From contig NC_058368.1 of NCBI RefSeq assembly GCF_018350175.1, positions 228,534,001-228,598,000 of the forward strand: a stretch of DNA of 64,000 nt, written 5' to 3'. The notes beneath the pieces are model-generated. The model made no database searches and was not told the origin of the DNA. It saw only the letters and a list, made by a program, of their open reading frames with translations. Made by a program: the position numbers and the translations under genes. The DNA comes from Felis catus (lineage: Eukaryota). The stretch's first letter is position 1; each line of letters opens with the position of its first letter. Shown one piece after another: positions 50,321-63,391 of this stretch.

Positions 50321-50539
50321 GAATCAGAGATCAACCAGAAGGCAGTCAACTTTGAAATTTTGCCTCAGACTATTCTGAGGCTTTGAGTATGGGTAACTTG
50401 GAAATTATTGATAAAAAGAGGGAAGGCAAGAGAAAGACTGTAGTTTAAGGTTTGGTAAAGTTGTCTGGAATCAGCTATCCTGCGTTTGAGTTCCCATTAG
50501 TCTGGAGTAGCTCTCCTGTGAAAAGAAACATTGTAAAAT

Positions 50540-50760
50540 TTACTCAGCATTCACTCTATTCCAGGAAGTGTCTCAAATATACATTTATAATACCTTCTGT
50601 GAGACAGATACTGTTTCTCTTGATTTGACTGATAAACACACTAACAGGATTAAGAAACTTGCTCAAGGTCATGTAGTAAGTAACTGGTAGAGCCAGGACT
50701 GGAAGCCAGATAGATCAACTCAGGAACCCATGAGCTTTCCCACTCTGCAACACTGCCTCA
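50540..50760 (-). mobile_element. MIR SINE
   Basis: 'attaagaaacttgctcaaggtcatgtagtaagtaactggtagagccaggactggaagccag'. Confidence 0.8.
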
Positions 50761-51198
50761 CATCTGCTATATGTAATTAGAGCTGCCCCCTTGATTTGTT
50801 GTCATGGAAATCAAACAGGCTTGATTTTAACGAGCTTCTCTAGCAAGTCTTAGAGCCTAAGAATACCATGGATAAAGGTGGGGATGAATGTTTTGTGTCA
50901 AATATAAGGGTATTGCTGGAGATTTTATCCTCATTGCTCATTGGGGTTTGTTTGTTTTCCAAGATGCTCACTAATGACTAGTATTTCGCTAGGAAAAAAA
51001 AAGTAAAAAAAATGCTCATAGCTCACAGAGAAATATAAAATAAACTTTGCAAGAAAAGAGTAAAAATATGTGCCTCAAGCCCTGTCTGGAAATTTCCTCT
51101 TCAAAAAATTCTTTTAAGTAAATATCAGATTATTTTCTCAATATCTTCTATTTTATTGGCAGGAATTATCGTAATTTCAAAATTTAGGCTTCTGGTTC

Positions 51199-51755
51199 TG
51201 CATTAATTTTATACTTCTGTGTAACAAATTACCACAAATGTAGCACCTTAAAACACACGCATGCATTGATTATTATCAGTGTTGTGTAGGTCAGAAGTCC
51301 AGGCTGGCTCAGATTGTCCTTTGTTTAGAGTTTCACAAGACCAGAATCAAGAAGTTAGACAGGCTGAACTCTGATCTGGAGGCTGTAAAGAAAAAAAAAA
51401 TTTGCTTCCAAGATCATTCAGGTTGTTGGCAGAATTGAGTTCCTTGCATTTATAGGGCTGAGGTCTCCATTTCTTTGCTGGTTGTCTGGCCAGGGGTTGA
51501 TGTCAGTTTCTAGAAGACACTGATTGGTCCTTACGAATGTTCCCCTCCATCTGGCTGCAACAGTTTTCATGCTCCCCGTCTCTCTGAACCCTTCTTTTGC
51601 CCCTTAAACAGAGAAATCTGTGCTTTCAAAGAACTAGTTACGATTGGATTAGACCCCACTAGGTTAATCTGTTTGTAACATGAGGTAACATAACCATGGA
51701 AGTAATGTCAGGGCTTGAAGGTCATCGGAGCCATCTGAAACTTCCACTTACCACA
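51199..51755 (-). mobile_element. MaLR solo LTR (MLT1E-like)
   Basis: 'tgtaacaaattaccacaaatgtagcaccttaaaacac', 'aagatcattcaggttgttggcagaatt', 'gccatctgaaacttccacttaccaca'. Confidence 0.85.
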
Positions 51756-53371
51756 GATTTTTTAAGGTATGACCAGATAGAAGGACTCAAGCTAAGTAGG
51801 TTGGGATAAACCAAGACATGTACTTATTGTAACTTACTAAATGAAATATAGCAATGAAAAAGATTGCACTTAATGTGACCATTAAGTGAAAATTTATCAA
51901 CTCTCCCCAAGAACTTTATCAGAATGTATGACCTACTTTCTGTAATTTAGTCAGGCACAAAAACGAGTCATTCTTAATCAGGAAGCTTGAAAAACTCTCA
52001 TTGAACTTTGTTAAAATTTCATGGAAAGTACATCTGTAAAATCTTTGCTTTATATCTTTCTCTGGTTTGCTTCTCATGCTGGCTTTCCTAATATTATTAA
52101 TGTGCTTGAATTTGAAATAGAAATGCATGTTTCCTTAAATACCACAAACAGATAATATTGGTGGAAAGCCATGGTTGGAAGGTGGTTAAGTTAGAACGAC
52201 ACTATTTATCTCTTCAAAATTCGGTTGTAGAGATGATGGGAATTCAGAGAGCATTTTAAAAGAACCAGGAAGTGAGAATCCAGAGGAAGAAATTATAGAT
52301 GCTGCTGCTCTAAAAAAGGATGTCAGCTGTGCATGATAGCATGATGTTCCCTGTCCTTCAGACATGTACATTTCCCTCACTTTTCATCTGTTTCCATGTT
52401 AGTCCCAACCATTTTGAAAGTGAAACAATCAATGGTATCACTCATTCTATAGAGGATAGATCCATAAAACATTTCACTGACAGGGAGGATTCCAAACTGG
52501 TTTAAAAAGTCTACCTCATACCCCATTTTTAAATCTAGATTCTCATCCTTGTCCCTGATTGGTTAAATTCCAGTTTCATAGCTCTTATAAGGAATCTGTG
52601 GCCACAAATGCATTAATTATTTTAGGTAGAAAGGCATTCATTTTAAGTATACACAAGTATCTAATGATTCTTCTCAAGGGCTCCTGGGACTTTCTCTCCA
52701 TTACTCCCACAAGATGGGTCCACTGAATAATTGCCTCAATTTATACTGGACTCTGCTCTACTAAACATGATGTTGGTTTTAATCTGTCTTATCTCTTTCT
52801 CTTTCTCGCCTAAAGAGTCACCTTCCTTGAAGCTCCTACCCCCGCCCCATGATTATTGTTTTCCACTTCTTTAATGTGTACCCTTCATTCAGATGATGGT
52901 AACTCATTTATCAAATTATTTTACAACCCATCTTTTTAGATCAACAAGATTCCTTGTTATACTTAGAGGCACATGTGCTGCTTCTAATTAGGAACCATTC
53001 CCATCTCTATATTTATGGAGAAGAAAACAAAAGAGGTAATTTATTACATAGGCAATGCTACAGATAAGTCTTTTGGGCTTAAAAAGAGTGTTTTAAATTG
53101 TGTTCCTGAATCAATTTCCAATACTGAAAGCCATCCTTATCACACATACTCATTAATCTAGATATGGGACTAAAAAAAAAAGGTGACATTATTGTGACTT
53201 CTTTAGAGCTTTCCATGTCTGGGAGGCAGACTGAGCAAGAGGCTGCCAGTCTTTGTTAACTGAAGCAGCTGAAAAGCTGGTAGGAATAAGGAAATAACCC
53301 ATTAGAAAAATGCAAATATCTGATGCAGGGATAAGGAAAGAGTATCTCCTTCAGACCTCACTGGTGATAAA

Positions 53372-53857
53372 TGTCAAGAACTAGGAAAGAGGTGACATTG
53401 TGCTCTGCTTGCAAGTGGATGAGTGAACCAGCACAGTTTCATGGACGCTATCAGTACTAACAGAAGGCCCAAGACTACTGTGTCAGAGACAAAGGATCAT
53501 TTGTTACTAAAGCAATAGGAATGTCCAGGGCCTTTGCACTGTCTCCCTGAGCCCCAGTTGGCAGGTGACATGACTGGGCCACTCAGGTTGTATTGAGAGA
53601 TAGAGAAGTCATGAACTTAGGGAGCCCCAATTTTTTATAATGGGAAGCAGACCTGTCTGACTTTTGCCTTTGGGGTAGATATTCTGTTTATTACATACTC
53701 AATAAACCTCTCCTTTGCTCCTGATGGGCAGATTATGTCTATTTTCCAAGCTTTTGCTGTACCAACACTTTTGAAAAGATGGTCCAGAGCAAATGCGGCC
53801 AGTACTCATGAAATGCACAGAAATGTGGCAGATCCACAGAGAATTGTCTTCCAAAAA
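53372..53857 (-). mobile_element. ERVL solo LTR (LTR40-like)
   Basis: reverse complement starts like 'ttggaagacaattctc' and ends 'agttcttgaca'; 'gcttgcaagt', 'cacagtttcatggacgct', 'gtcagagacaaagga'. Confidence 0.8.
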
Positions 53858-53939
53858 TATGTTGTTGAAATTGGAAGAGACAGGTATGAACAGTGGCCTA
53901 AGGCCATTCATGCAGAAGTGCTGATGTGAAGATCCAAGC

Positions 53940-54670
53940 CAGCCTTGGTTTCCCCTTGGATCCTTACTTTTCCTTCACTTGCCACCTGCCCCCATCAAAT
54001 CTGTCAGCTATCAAGAAGTCTAATTGACTCTGCCTCCAAAATACCTCTTAGAACACCTGTCTTCATCTACTTCCTGATTCCTGATATTATCATTTCTCCC
54101 CTTTCTCTTGTAATATGGAGCAACCGCCTTTTTTTTTTTTTTTGTCTTTGTTCCTTTTTCTGCCCCCTTACAGTCTGTCTCCATGGAGCAGTCAGAGTGT
54201 TAATAGTGATCACTTACAACCTTAAATCAGATCATTCAATTCCCTCTTTAAAGCCTTGCAGTAGTTTCTAATTGTACTCAGAATGAACTTAAACCCCTTG
54301 GCACACAAGGCCAACTTCATCAAGCCTCTCTCCTGGTCCTCCCGGAGATGTTGGCAATGATTTTACTTTTCCTGGGCTGCTCTTCTGTGACATCTGTGCA
54401 TGTCTGGTTCCTGATCATGTTCTCCTCTCCCTTTCCTCTGCTTTCCCCATCACCAAGATCACTACCATATAACTATGTAGATAACCTATACAGATACCCT
54501 GTTCATTAGGTTTGTATGGTATCTCACTAGGTACCACTACATGACTTGCCTTAAATTTGTTTTTCTCTGCCTCTCATCCCAGCCTTACTGTAACTTCTTG
54601 ACTTTTTTGATGAGTTATATTCTTAGCACTTAGAGCAGTGCGTATCATTGTCTACAAAATATTTGCTGTA
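53940..54670 (+). mobile_element. L2 3' fragment
   Basis: 'attgactctgcctccaaaatacctc', 'aaatcagatcatt...cttaaagccttgcagtagtttc', 'cttagcacttagagcagtgc'. Confidence 0.7.
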
Positions 54671-55004
54671 ACAGTGTAGGACCATTGGGCTCTTAATTTA
54701 GCCAAGGATACAGAGTCGCTAGAACTTCTCTAGGTTCCTGTTCTGTAACCACCTAAGATTGATGGAGACTTGTGCTGTGTAGTGTTTTTCCTGGCAACTG
54801 TAGCAAAGTAGAAGCAATGTATAAATTCTCTGAGTGGCATAAGGATTCTACACAGGCTCTGGGCAGTCAGCCGAGGAGAGTTACATAGCAACCTGGAAGC
54901 ATGGTACCCATCAGGAATTGGAGAAAAATAATAGTTGTTAGAAAACCTAGGGAACCCCCACTTGCAACAACAGTAACCCCATCCCTCCTCACCCAATAAA
55001 CATG

Positions 55005-55850
55005 GACTTTATTTATTTTAATAGAATTTTTAAAAGAGAAGTTTCATAGAATATTGAGTAGAACATATGGAGATTTTCCACATACCTCCTGTCCTCCTAC
55101 TCATGCATGGCTTTCCCCATTACCAACCTCTCCCACCAAAGTGGTACCTTTATGACAATTGAACACACACTGATACATTATTATCACCTAGAGTCTACAT
55201 TAGGGTGTACATTAGGGTTCCCTCTTGGAGTTGCACGTCTATGGTGTTGGACAAATGTAAAAGACGTAAATCAATCATTATAGCATCAAACCGAATATTT
55301 TCCCTGCCCTGAAAATCCTCCACACTCCATTTATTCATCCCTCTGTACTAACACCCAACAACCTATTTACTATGTCTATAGTTTTTCCTTTTCCACAATG
55401 TAATATAATTGAGGCCATATAGTATGTAGCCTTTTCAGACTGGTTTCTTTCATTTAGTAAAAAGCATTTATCATGGCTGGATTCCTTACTTCCTTTTAGC
55501 ACTGAATAATATTCCATTGTCTGGATGTACCCCAGTTTATTTATCCATTTGTCTATTGAAGGATATTTTGGTTGCTTTCAAGTTTTGGCAATTATGAATA
55601 AAGCTGCTATCAACAGCTATGTGCAGACTTTTGTATGAACATAAGTTTTTATTCTTTTGAGCAAATACCAAGGACCATGATTGTTGGATTGTTTGGTAAG
55701 GGTATGTTTAGTTTCATAAGAAACCACCAAACTGTCTTCCAAAGTGGCTGTACCATTTTGCTTTTCTACCAGCAATGAATGAGAATTCCAGTTGCCCCAC
55801 ATCCTCATTAACATTTGGTGTTGTTGGTGTTGTGGATTTTAACCATTGTA
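55005..55850 (-). mobile_element. L1MC-like L1 3' fragment
   Basis: 'cccaccaaagtggtacc...cactgatacattattatcacc...ttagggttccctcttgg', then 'aaaccaccaaactgtcttccaaagtggctgtaccatttt'. Confidence 0.88.
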
Positions 55851-56700
55851 AGCTTTAATTTTCTTTCCCTTTTCCTTTTTTTTTCTGGTCCAAAAGACAG
55901 AGTTTGGAGAATCTGAGCTATAGATAACTCTTCTATTATTACTTTGCAACTATGATTTGATGGCCTGGAAATAAATGATTAAATCTTCGCCCAAATATGG
56001 ATTTGTGTAGTACATAGGTAATAGTGACATTTAGGTTGACAGAGGCAAACTGTCTCCTCTGGTTTTGTACAATGCAGAAGGGGAAAGCCAGCAGTAGGGT
56101 CATTAAAAAAAAGTGAGGATTCAGTGTTAACTTATAATAATACATTGATAAGTTTCACCTCTTTATAATACTATTAACAAGCTAACCTTCATAATCATCT
56201 TGTAGTTTCAGTAACAATCCTGATAAAGAATGACTTAATTATTTGCAACAGGCAAGTGTTCAATTAAGGAACACTGATCTGATAAGGAATGTTATAACAC
56301 GACAAGGTGATGCTGGTGTTGTAAAAATTGTCTTGACTTTGAATTAAGTATCATTGGTTTCAAACCTGAGAAAACTCAGAATTAGAGGTGGGGGACAGGA
56401 AAGCCAACTTCACTGAAATGCGAAAGTTCTTCCAGATTCACTGTGGAAAAGAGGGAGTGCTTGAGGATATTTCACATCAGTAAATAACTTCACAATGAAG
56501 CAATATCCTAAGTTTATAAAAATTCTCTTCATAAGTTTGATATAGGTGATTTGGATGATTTTTGTATTGCATAACTGTGATTTTCCTATTGTGTCCTCAT
56601 AAAATTTAATTGTGACTTAAAAGAAGCCTTATCTACTCTCTTTTCTCTCAGTAACCTGAATTTTTGTCTTCATCAGGAAATCGTCACCACCGTTAGACCA

Positions 56701-57144
56701 TGGATTAGTTTTCTGGGGCTGTCATAGCAAATTATCACAAACTGAGTGACTTAAAATAACAGAAATATATTTTCTTGCAGTTCTTAAGGGAAAAAGTCTG
56801 AAATTAAGGAGTTTTCGGGGCTGGTTCTTTCTGGATGCTGTGAGGGAGATTTCGTCCTATGCCTGGTGGTAGCCAGCAATGCTTGGTGTTCTTTGGCTTG
56901 TGATTACATAATTCCAATCTCTATCATTCCATGGGTTTCTACCTCCGTGTATCTCCATGTATCCAAGTCTGTCTCTTGCAAGGACACTCATCATTGGATT
57001 TAGGGCCCACCAAGATAATGCCAGATGATCTCATCCCCAGATCCTTACCTTGATTACATTTGCAAAAACGCTTATTCCAAATAAGGTCATATTCTGAGTT
57101 TCTTCCTGGACATGGATTTGGAGGGACACTATTCAATCCACTGA
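56701..57144 (-). mobile_element. MaLR solo LTR (MLT1B/C-like)
   Basis: 'attagttttctggggctgtcatagcaaattatcacaaactg', 'aaggacactcatcattggatttagggcccacc', 'ccaaataaggtcatattctgag'. Confidence 0.88.
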
Positions 57145-57199
57145 AGGTGGCAGGAAACTATTCCAGAATGTCTAGAGCAACTAAGTGCTGCCAGAAAAT

Positions 57200-58535
57200 T
57201 CCCTGCCACTATGTGAAATTGAAATTCAAAAGAATATAATTTTTAATAGCGTGAGGATTATAAAATACTTAAAGAGAAACTTAAAAAATGTGTACAAGAT
57301 CTCTAGAGAGAAAAATTTAACTTGAAGTGGGTCAAGAGTAAGTGTGATAAGGAAAAGGCTTCTTAAAAAAAAAACCTAGGAGAAAGCTGTAGTAACCTGG
57401 GTTAGGTAAAAGTTTTCTAGGACACAAGAAACATAAGGAGCATAATTGATTAACTAAAAAAATCTTTTACTCTTCAAACGTCATTGTTTATTGCCAGGAC
57501 TATGGCCATTGCTATGAAGAAGCTGCACAGAAGTGTTCATTTGGGGTGATGAAATATTCTGTATCTTGATTGTGGTGGGGGTTATGTAGATCTCTACATG
57601 TGGTAGAATCACATAGTACTACACACATACATATATATGTACAGGCACAGATGGGTTCACATAAATGCTGGTAAAATCTGAATCAAGTCTCTAGTTACTA
57701 GTACTTTACCCAAACACCCTGATAAAGGTGTGGGTAAAATATTTGAATACCAAAGAAGATACACAAATGGAAAGTAAGGACATGGAAAGATGTCCAACAT
57801 CATTAGCCATTAGGAAAGTGTGAATTACAACCACAGTGATATCCTAGTACACAACTACCAGAATGGCTACAATTACAATGGAAAAAAAGAAAACAAAACA
57901 AAAAACAAGTGTTGGTGAAAAATGTGAAACAACTAGAATTCTCATCAATTATGGGTAGACATGCAGAAGGGTAAAATGCTTTTATGCTTTCTTTTAAATT
58001 TAGACAACATATAAACTGGCAATTCTACTTCTAGATGTGTTTCTAAGATAAATGACAATATAGGTTCATACAAAGACTTGTATTTGAATGTTAATAGCAG
58101 CTTTATTAACTGGAAATAAGCCAAATGTCCTTCAACAGGTGAATGGTGAAACACATTATAGTACATTTATTTGATGGCATAGTAGTAACGATAAAAATAA
58201 CAAACTAAGGACACATAACCACTCTGCAAAGTGAAAGAAGCTGGCTGCGAGGGACTGTAGTCTACAAACTGCAAGAGTTAATTTCCATGCAATTCTCTAA
58301 AAGGAAAACTGTAGGCATAAAAAGCAGATCAGAGATTTTCCAGGGCAGGGAGCAGATAGAGGAAATCAATTGCAGAAGGCCTGAGGAAATGTTTTGGGGT
58401 AATGAACATGGTCTGTATCATTGTGTGACTACAGTGTGGTTCCACAACTCTATACATTTGTCAAAACTCAACAATTTGCACCATATAGTGAATTTTATTT
58501 ATGTAAATCATAATTCAATAAAGCTGATTTAAAAA
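57200..58535 (+). mobile_element. Old L1 (L1MC/MD/ME-like) fragments, ORF2 end plus 3' UTR
   Basis: 'catggaaagatgtccaacatcattagccattagg', 'aaatgtccttcaacaggtgaatgg', 'taattcaataaagctgatt'. Confidence 0.75.
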
Positions 58536-58757
58536 TAGAAAAGGCAGAAAAGGATCAGTGAATTGGATCAACGAAAACCTAATGACTATTCAGTATGAAA
58601 TTGAAAGAAATAAGAATGAGTTTGTAAGAAGATAATCCATGGAAAAAGACAATAATCCATGAGATACTTAGACTTTGAGGATTAATTTTGTACTGCGCTT
58701 TCTGCCTAAGTCGAACTAATGCCTCTAACTTTACCCTCGTAATGATGGCCTCTGTTT

Positions 58758-58971
58758 CTTTTTTTTTAATGTTTATTTATTTTTGAGACAGAGACAAACA
58801 GAGCATGAGTTGGGGTAGGGGCAGCGCGACAGGGAGACACAGAATCCGAAGCAGGCTCCAGGCTCTGAGCTGTCAGCACAGAGCCTGACACAAGGCTCAA
58901 ACTCATGAACTGCGAGATCATGACCTGAGCCAAAATTGGATGCTTAACCGACTGAGCCACCCAGGCACCCC
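58758..58971 (-). mobile_element. Can-SINE
   Basis: TSD atggcctctRttt (from 58745 / from 58972). Confidence 0.96.
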
Positions 58972-59849
58972 ATGGCCTCTATTTTCTGATGGGTCTTTCC
59001 CTTGGCATAGAAGTATGCTCCAGACTTTTCTATCATGAAAAAAATCTTCCACTCCATTGATGTCATACTTCAGTTCTTACTTTATATTCATTCTTCTTCT
59101 TAGAGCCAAGCTACTTGGAAAGACAAACAACAACAACAAAAGATACCTCTTCTTGTTTTTGCTTTTTATTTTGTTCACACCTCAATCTGCTGCCATTAGT
59201 CTGTCACCTTCCCCTATCACCCCACTGACATCATTCCCTAAATATCTGCCAAGGCAACAATTACATCAGTTTTTTCCTTACTTCACTTCTCCACTGATAC
59301 ACTATTGGGGTGTTTTTTATTTTTGTTTTTGTTTTTGGAATCAATAAACATTCCAAAGTTTCATTTCATAATTCTCAAATAGATAAATAAGAGACATAAG
59401 GAAAAAATTGCTCTATGTAAAAAAGATATTTGGTCATGCCTAGATTTATAATTTGTCTTCCATAATTTACAAAGGTTCTATATTCTCTAGTGTTTCAGGG
59501 AACAGACACTGTGTTTCTGGACTTTAATGTTGTCTTAGATATTTGATCCTATTGATGTTAAATATCTTATTAAATCTGGAATGTTTTAGTCTATGTGCAG
59601 TGACTGTACTTTGCTGTCTACTTCTTGAATCAATATTGATTCAGACACTTAATTACTCATACAATCCACCAGGAAAACCACTGTTTAACTTTCTCTCTTA
59701 CTCCTATACAAGATAGACTTTTACAACCTATCTTTAGGAACTGATTGTTCCTGGTTTTTCCTAATATTATTCCTGTTTTCTTCTCATATTTTTAAAGTTT
59801 CAATTTTTCTTTGTTGCTGTTCAACTCATGTAACTTCTTTTTTTCCCCA

Positions 59850-60130
59850 CTGACATATCCTTGCGGACCTCCTTAATACACCTATCTCTTTAAAGTCCTT
59901 CTTCCCTGCTAATAGCTCCTGCCCATGGTTATTTTTCTGTTTCTTCACATAAATGGTAGTGTTTCCTGGCAATGGAATAAGTCCATTTTCTCCTCTCAAT
60001 ATGTGCATGACCCCCAAGCAATCTTTTCTGTGTCTTTGGCTTTTAATGACTTATTATATGCCAGTGATTCCCAGGTCTGGATCTTGTTTTTGGAATTTTA
60101 AGTCCATGTAGGTCTATGCCTACTGACTCG
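59850..60130 (+). mobile_element. L2 ORF2 (RT region) relic
   Basis: 'ggcttttaatgacttattatatgccagtgattcccaggtct' resembles the degenerate L2 YADD-region motif. Confidence 0.5.
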
Positions 60131-61169
60131 AATCTAACACCCATTTTAAGTTGTCAGCCAGGTATTCAGAAAATATGACCTAGCAATGGGAACAAATCAC
60201 CTAGAGCTCAATCCACATACATGAATGAATTTCACATACTATTGAGTGAACGAAGCAAGATGCTAGAGAGCAGATTCTGTACTTCTTTGGTTCATAGAAA
60301 ATTTGAAAATGCACAATTAGGCATTATAGCTTAAAGGTAAATAACTATGTGTAAAAATAACAAGAGAACAAAATTAAAAAAATGATTAACACAAAACTCA
60401 GACCAGCAATTACATCTAATAGGGCTTCTGGTGCATGGCAATATCCTCTTGCTTGACTCACTGTGGATATGTAAGTGATCACATTTTTTTTCCTACTTTT
60501 AAACGTGTGTGTGTGTGTGTATGTGTGAGCACGTTGTGCAGTTTTTGTATGTATCTATTACGGATACAATACAAAATGTTACGATAAAGCAGAGAAATGA
60601 GATGAAATCAGTTCTATGCGGCTGAAAGCAGGAGGATGTAGTCACAATGCAGAAAACACAAGCTCTTTTGACTGAGGTTCTACAGGGAATGGGGGCGGGA
60701 AGCCAGGTCATTGGACTTTATTCAGCACAGAGGGGGACATCAGTAATGACTTTTCCTAAGGTGAAAGAAATGATCAGAATTATACATTAGGGAATAGTTT
60801 GGGAATAATTGAGATGATTGATTATAGAGGGGAAAATAGGTGGTAAGAAGGTAGAATAGGAGACCTTTACAATATTGCCAGAAATAATGAGGGCCACTGC
60901 AGGGTGGGAGGAGGTCAGTATTAGGAATAGAAAAATGAAATGAGTTATAGTAAAAGCATAGAAAATACTACATGGATTAAATGTGCTGAACAAATGTTTT
61001 TACAAATACAATGAAACATTCAATCATGAATATCAATTTCGTAAAAATAGGGGTGACAAACTATTTTTATGTCTTTTAAGAAATTAACGTTCATAATTAT
61101 TAATTGTTATGCGAGAAGACACAACTTATTGGTAATTTTAGAAGCCACTTGTTTTATTTTGGTTGGGCA

Positions 61170-61530
61170 AAAAGATCAGTGTGGTTTCCAGTGGTTGTGA
61201 GGAGGGTGGAGTATAGGGGGCTTTAGGGCAGTGAAACTGTTCTGTATGATAATGTAATGGTGGTTATATGTCATAAATTTGCCACAACCCACAGAGTGTA
61301 CAACAGAAAGTATGAACCCTAATGTAAACTATGGTTTACACAGTTAATAACAGTGTATTATTATTGGCCCATTGGTTGTAACAAATGTACCACATACTGC
61401 AAAAATGTTAGTAATAAGGGAAATCGGGGAGGGAAGGAGTGAGGGCGCTATATGGAACTCTGTGCATTCTGCTCAGTTTTTATGTAAACCTAAAACTGCC
61501 CTAAGAAAATAAAGTCGGTGAATTAAAAAA
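61170..61530 (+). mobile_element. L1MC-like 3' UTR fragment
   Basis: 'agggcagtgaaactgttctgtatgat', 'gaaccctaatgtaaactatgg', 'gtaaacctaaaactgccctaagaaaataaagtc'. Confidence 0.85.
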
Positions 61531-61549
61531 GAAATTAACTCTTTATAGC

Positions 61550-62400
61550 TGTCATGATAGGCTAGGTGATGCTGACATAAAACTCAGCCTTAAGTAATTC
61601 AGTAGCTTGAAACAAAGATTTTTTAAAAAAATCAATGTTAGACTATGTGCTCATGGTCATCTGGGCTGTCCTCTACTGTGTCCACTTAGGGCCCCAGATG
61701 AAAGAGCAGCTACCATCTAGAGCATTGTTGTAAGACAGAAGAGTAGAGTGCTGGGAATCCCACACGGGTTCCTAGAGCTTCTACTCAGAAATAGCACCTG
61801 CCACTCTTGCTCACATATCATTGGACAAAGCTAGCCTTTTGGCCATGCCTCACTCTAAGAGAACAGGGACATACTGCATTACTGTTTTCCCAGAAGAACT
61901 TGGAATATTTGATAACGTGGAGAGTGACTACATCAGGCCATCCTCTGTTCTCCAGGTATTTGGTTCACTCTCTTTCCCACATGCAGAAATACACCATTCC
62001 CACCCCAAAGAAGACAATTCAAAATCCAAATCTAGTCATAGGGTGGATCTGAAATTACAGGATCTTTGGGTTGATGTGCAATTGTCTTCACATCAGGTGA
62101 GAATGTGGTTCCTCTCAATCCAGTGATTTATGGACTAAAAAGGCAAATTACTCACATTAAACCATGGGAGACTGAGAATGGGATTACTGTAAGAAACATT
62201 CACATTCAAAGAGGGGAAGGGTGTGACACCCATAGTCGTTAGTCACCAGCCCATTCTGAAGTTCTCTGGACAGAAGTGGTAAGCATCCTCAACCCTGGTG
62301 ACTGATGGTAGGTGCTGTTTGAACAGACCCTGGTTTTGTTCTCCCCAGGAAAGGTTTCCCAGTTGTTTGTTGTCTGTGGCTCAGAAGGTCCTCCCTTTCT
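61550..62400 (-). mobile_element. MaLR LTR (MLT1I/J/K-like, about 61550-61935) plus adjoining internal sequence
   Basis: 'gataggctaggtgatgctg', 'cattggacaaagctag', then MLT-int-like 'tttcccacatgcagaaatacacc...ccccaaagaagacaattcaaaatcc'. Confidence 0.65.
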
Positions 62401-62640
62401 TTATCCTGATTTCTCTTGGACTCATTTCTCTTGGTTCCTGGAAACCATCATTTGCTGTTTCTGGGTTTGTTTGTTTGTTTGTTTGTTTTGTTTTGTTTTT
62501 AGATTTTCATGTAAGTGATAGCATGCAGTATTTGGCTTTCTCTGTCTGACTTATTTAACTTAGCATAATATCCTCAACGTCTAGCCATGCAGTCACAAAT
62601 GACAAAACTTCCTTCTTTCTCATAGTTGAGTAATATTCCA

Positions 62641-63145
62641 TTATATATATTATATATAAGTATAATATAGATAATACATTATATATATAATATATATATT
62701 ATATATATAATATATAACATATATTATATATTATATATATACTTATATATATAATATATAACATATATATATAAGTATATTTATATATATTATATATATA
62801 ATGTATTATATATATACTTATATATATAATATATATTATATAAGTATATATATTAAATATTATTAAATATATATTAAATATATACATTAAATATATATAT
62901 TATATATATAATGTATTATATATATATACTTATAAGTATATATATAAGTATATATATAAGTATACTTATAAGTATATATATATATATAAGTCTACATATA
63001 AGTATATATATATATAAGTATATATAAGTATATATATATAATATGTATATAATATATATTATATATATATACACACATACATATATATGTGTGTGTGTAT
63101 ATATTATATATAAGTAAAATGTGTGTGTGTGTGTATGTGTGTATA
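62641..63145. repeat. Complex (TA)n-derived satellite-like expansion ending in (TG)n
   Basis: direct reading; recurring tatataagtata units. Confidence 0.95.
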
Positions 63146-63309
63146 CATCCATACATGGACGCTTAGGTTGTATCAGCATCTTAGCTATTTTGAATAATGC
63201 TGCAATGAACACAGGAGTGCAGATATCTCTTTGGGAACCTGATTTCATTTCCTTTGGATATATACTCAGAAGTACGATTGCTGAATCTTATGGTCATTCT
63301 ATCTTTAAT

Positions 63310-63391
63310 CTGTATGTCCAACGTGTGGCTGAAACTCACGACCCTGAGATCAAGAGTTGCATGCTCTACCCACTGAGCCAGCCAGGCACCC
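63310..63391 (-). mobile_element. Short tRNA-Lys-like SINE (SINEC_c-type, head only)
   Basis: reverse complement gggtgcctggctggctcagtgggtagagcatgcaactcttgatctcagggtcgtgag...; TSD tctatYtttaat. Confidence 0.85.

Noticed and set aside
63310..63391. tRNA-Lys-like sequence
   Set aside because: Diverged SINE head with a TSD, lacking a proper acceptor stem; not a tRNA gene
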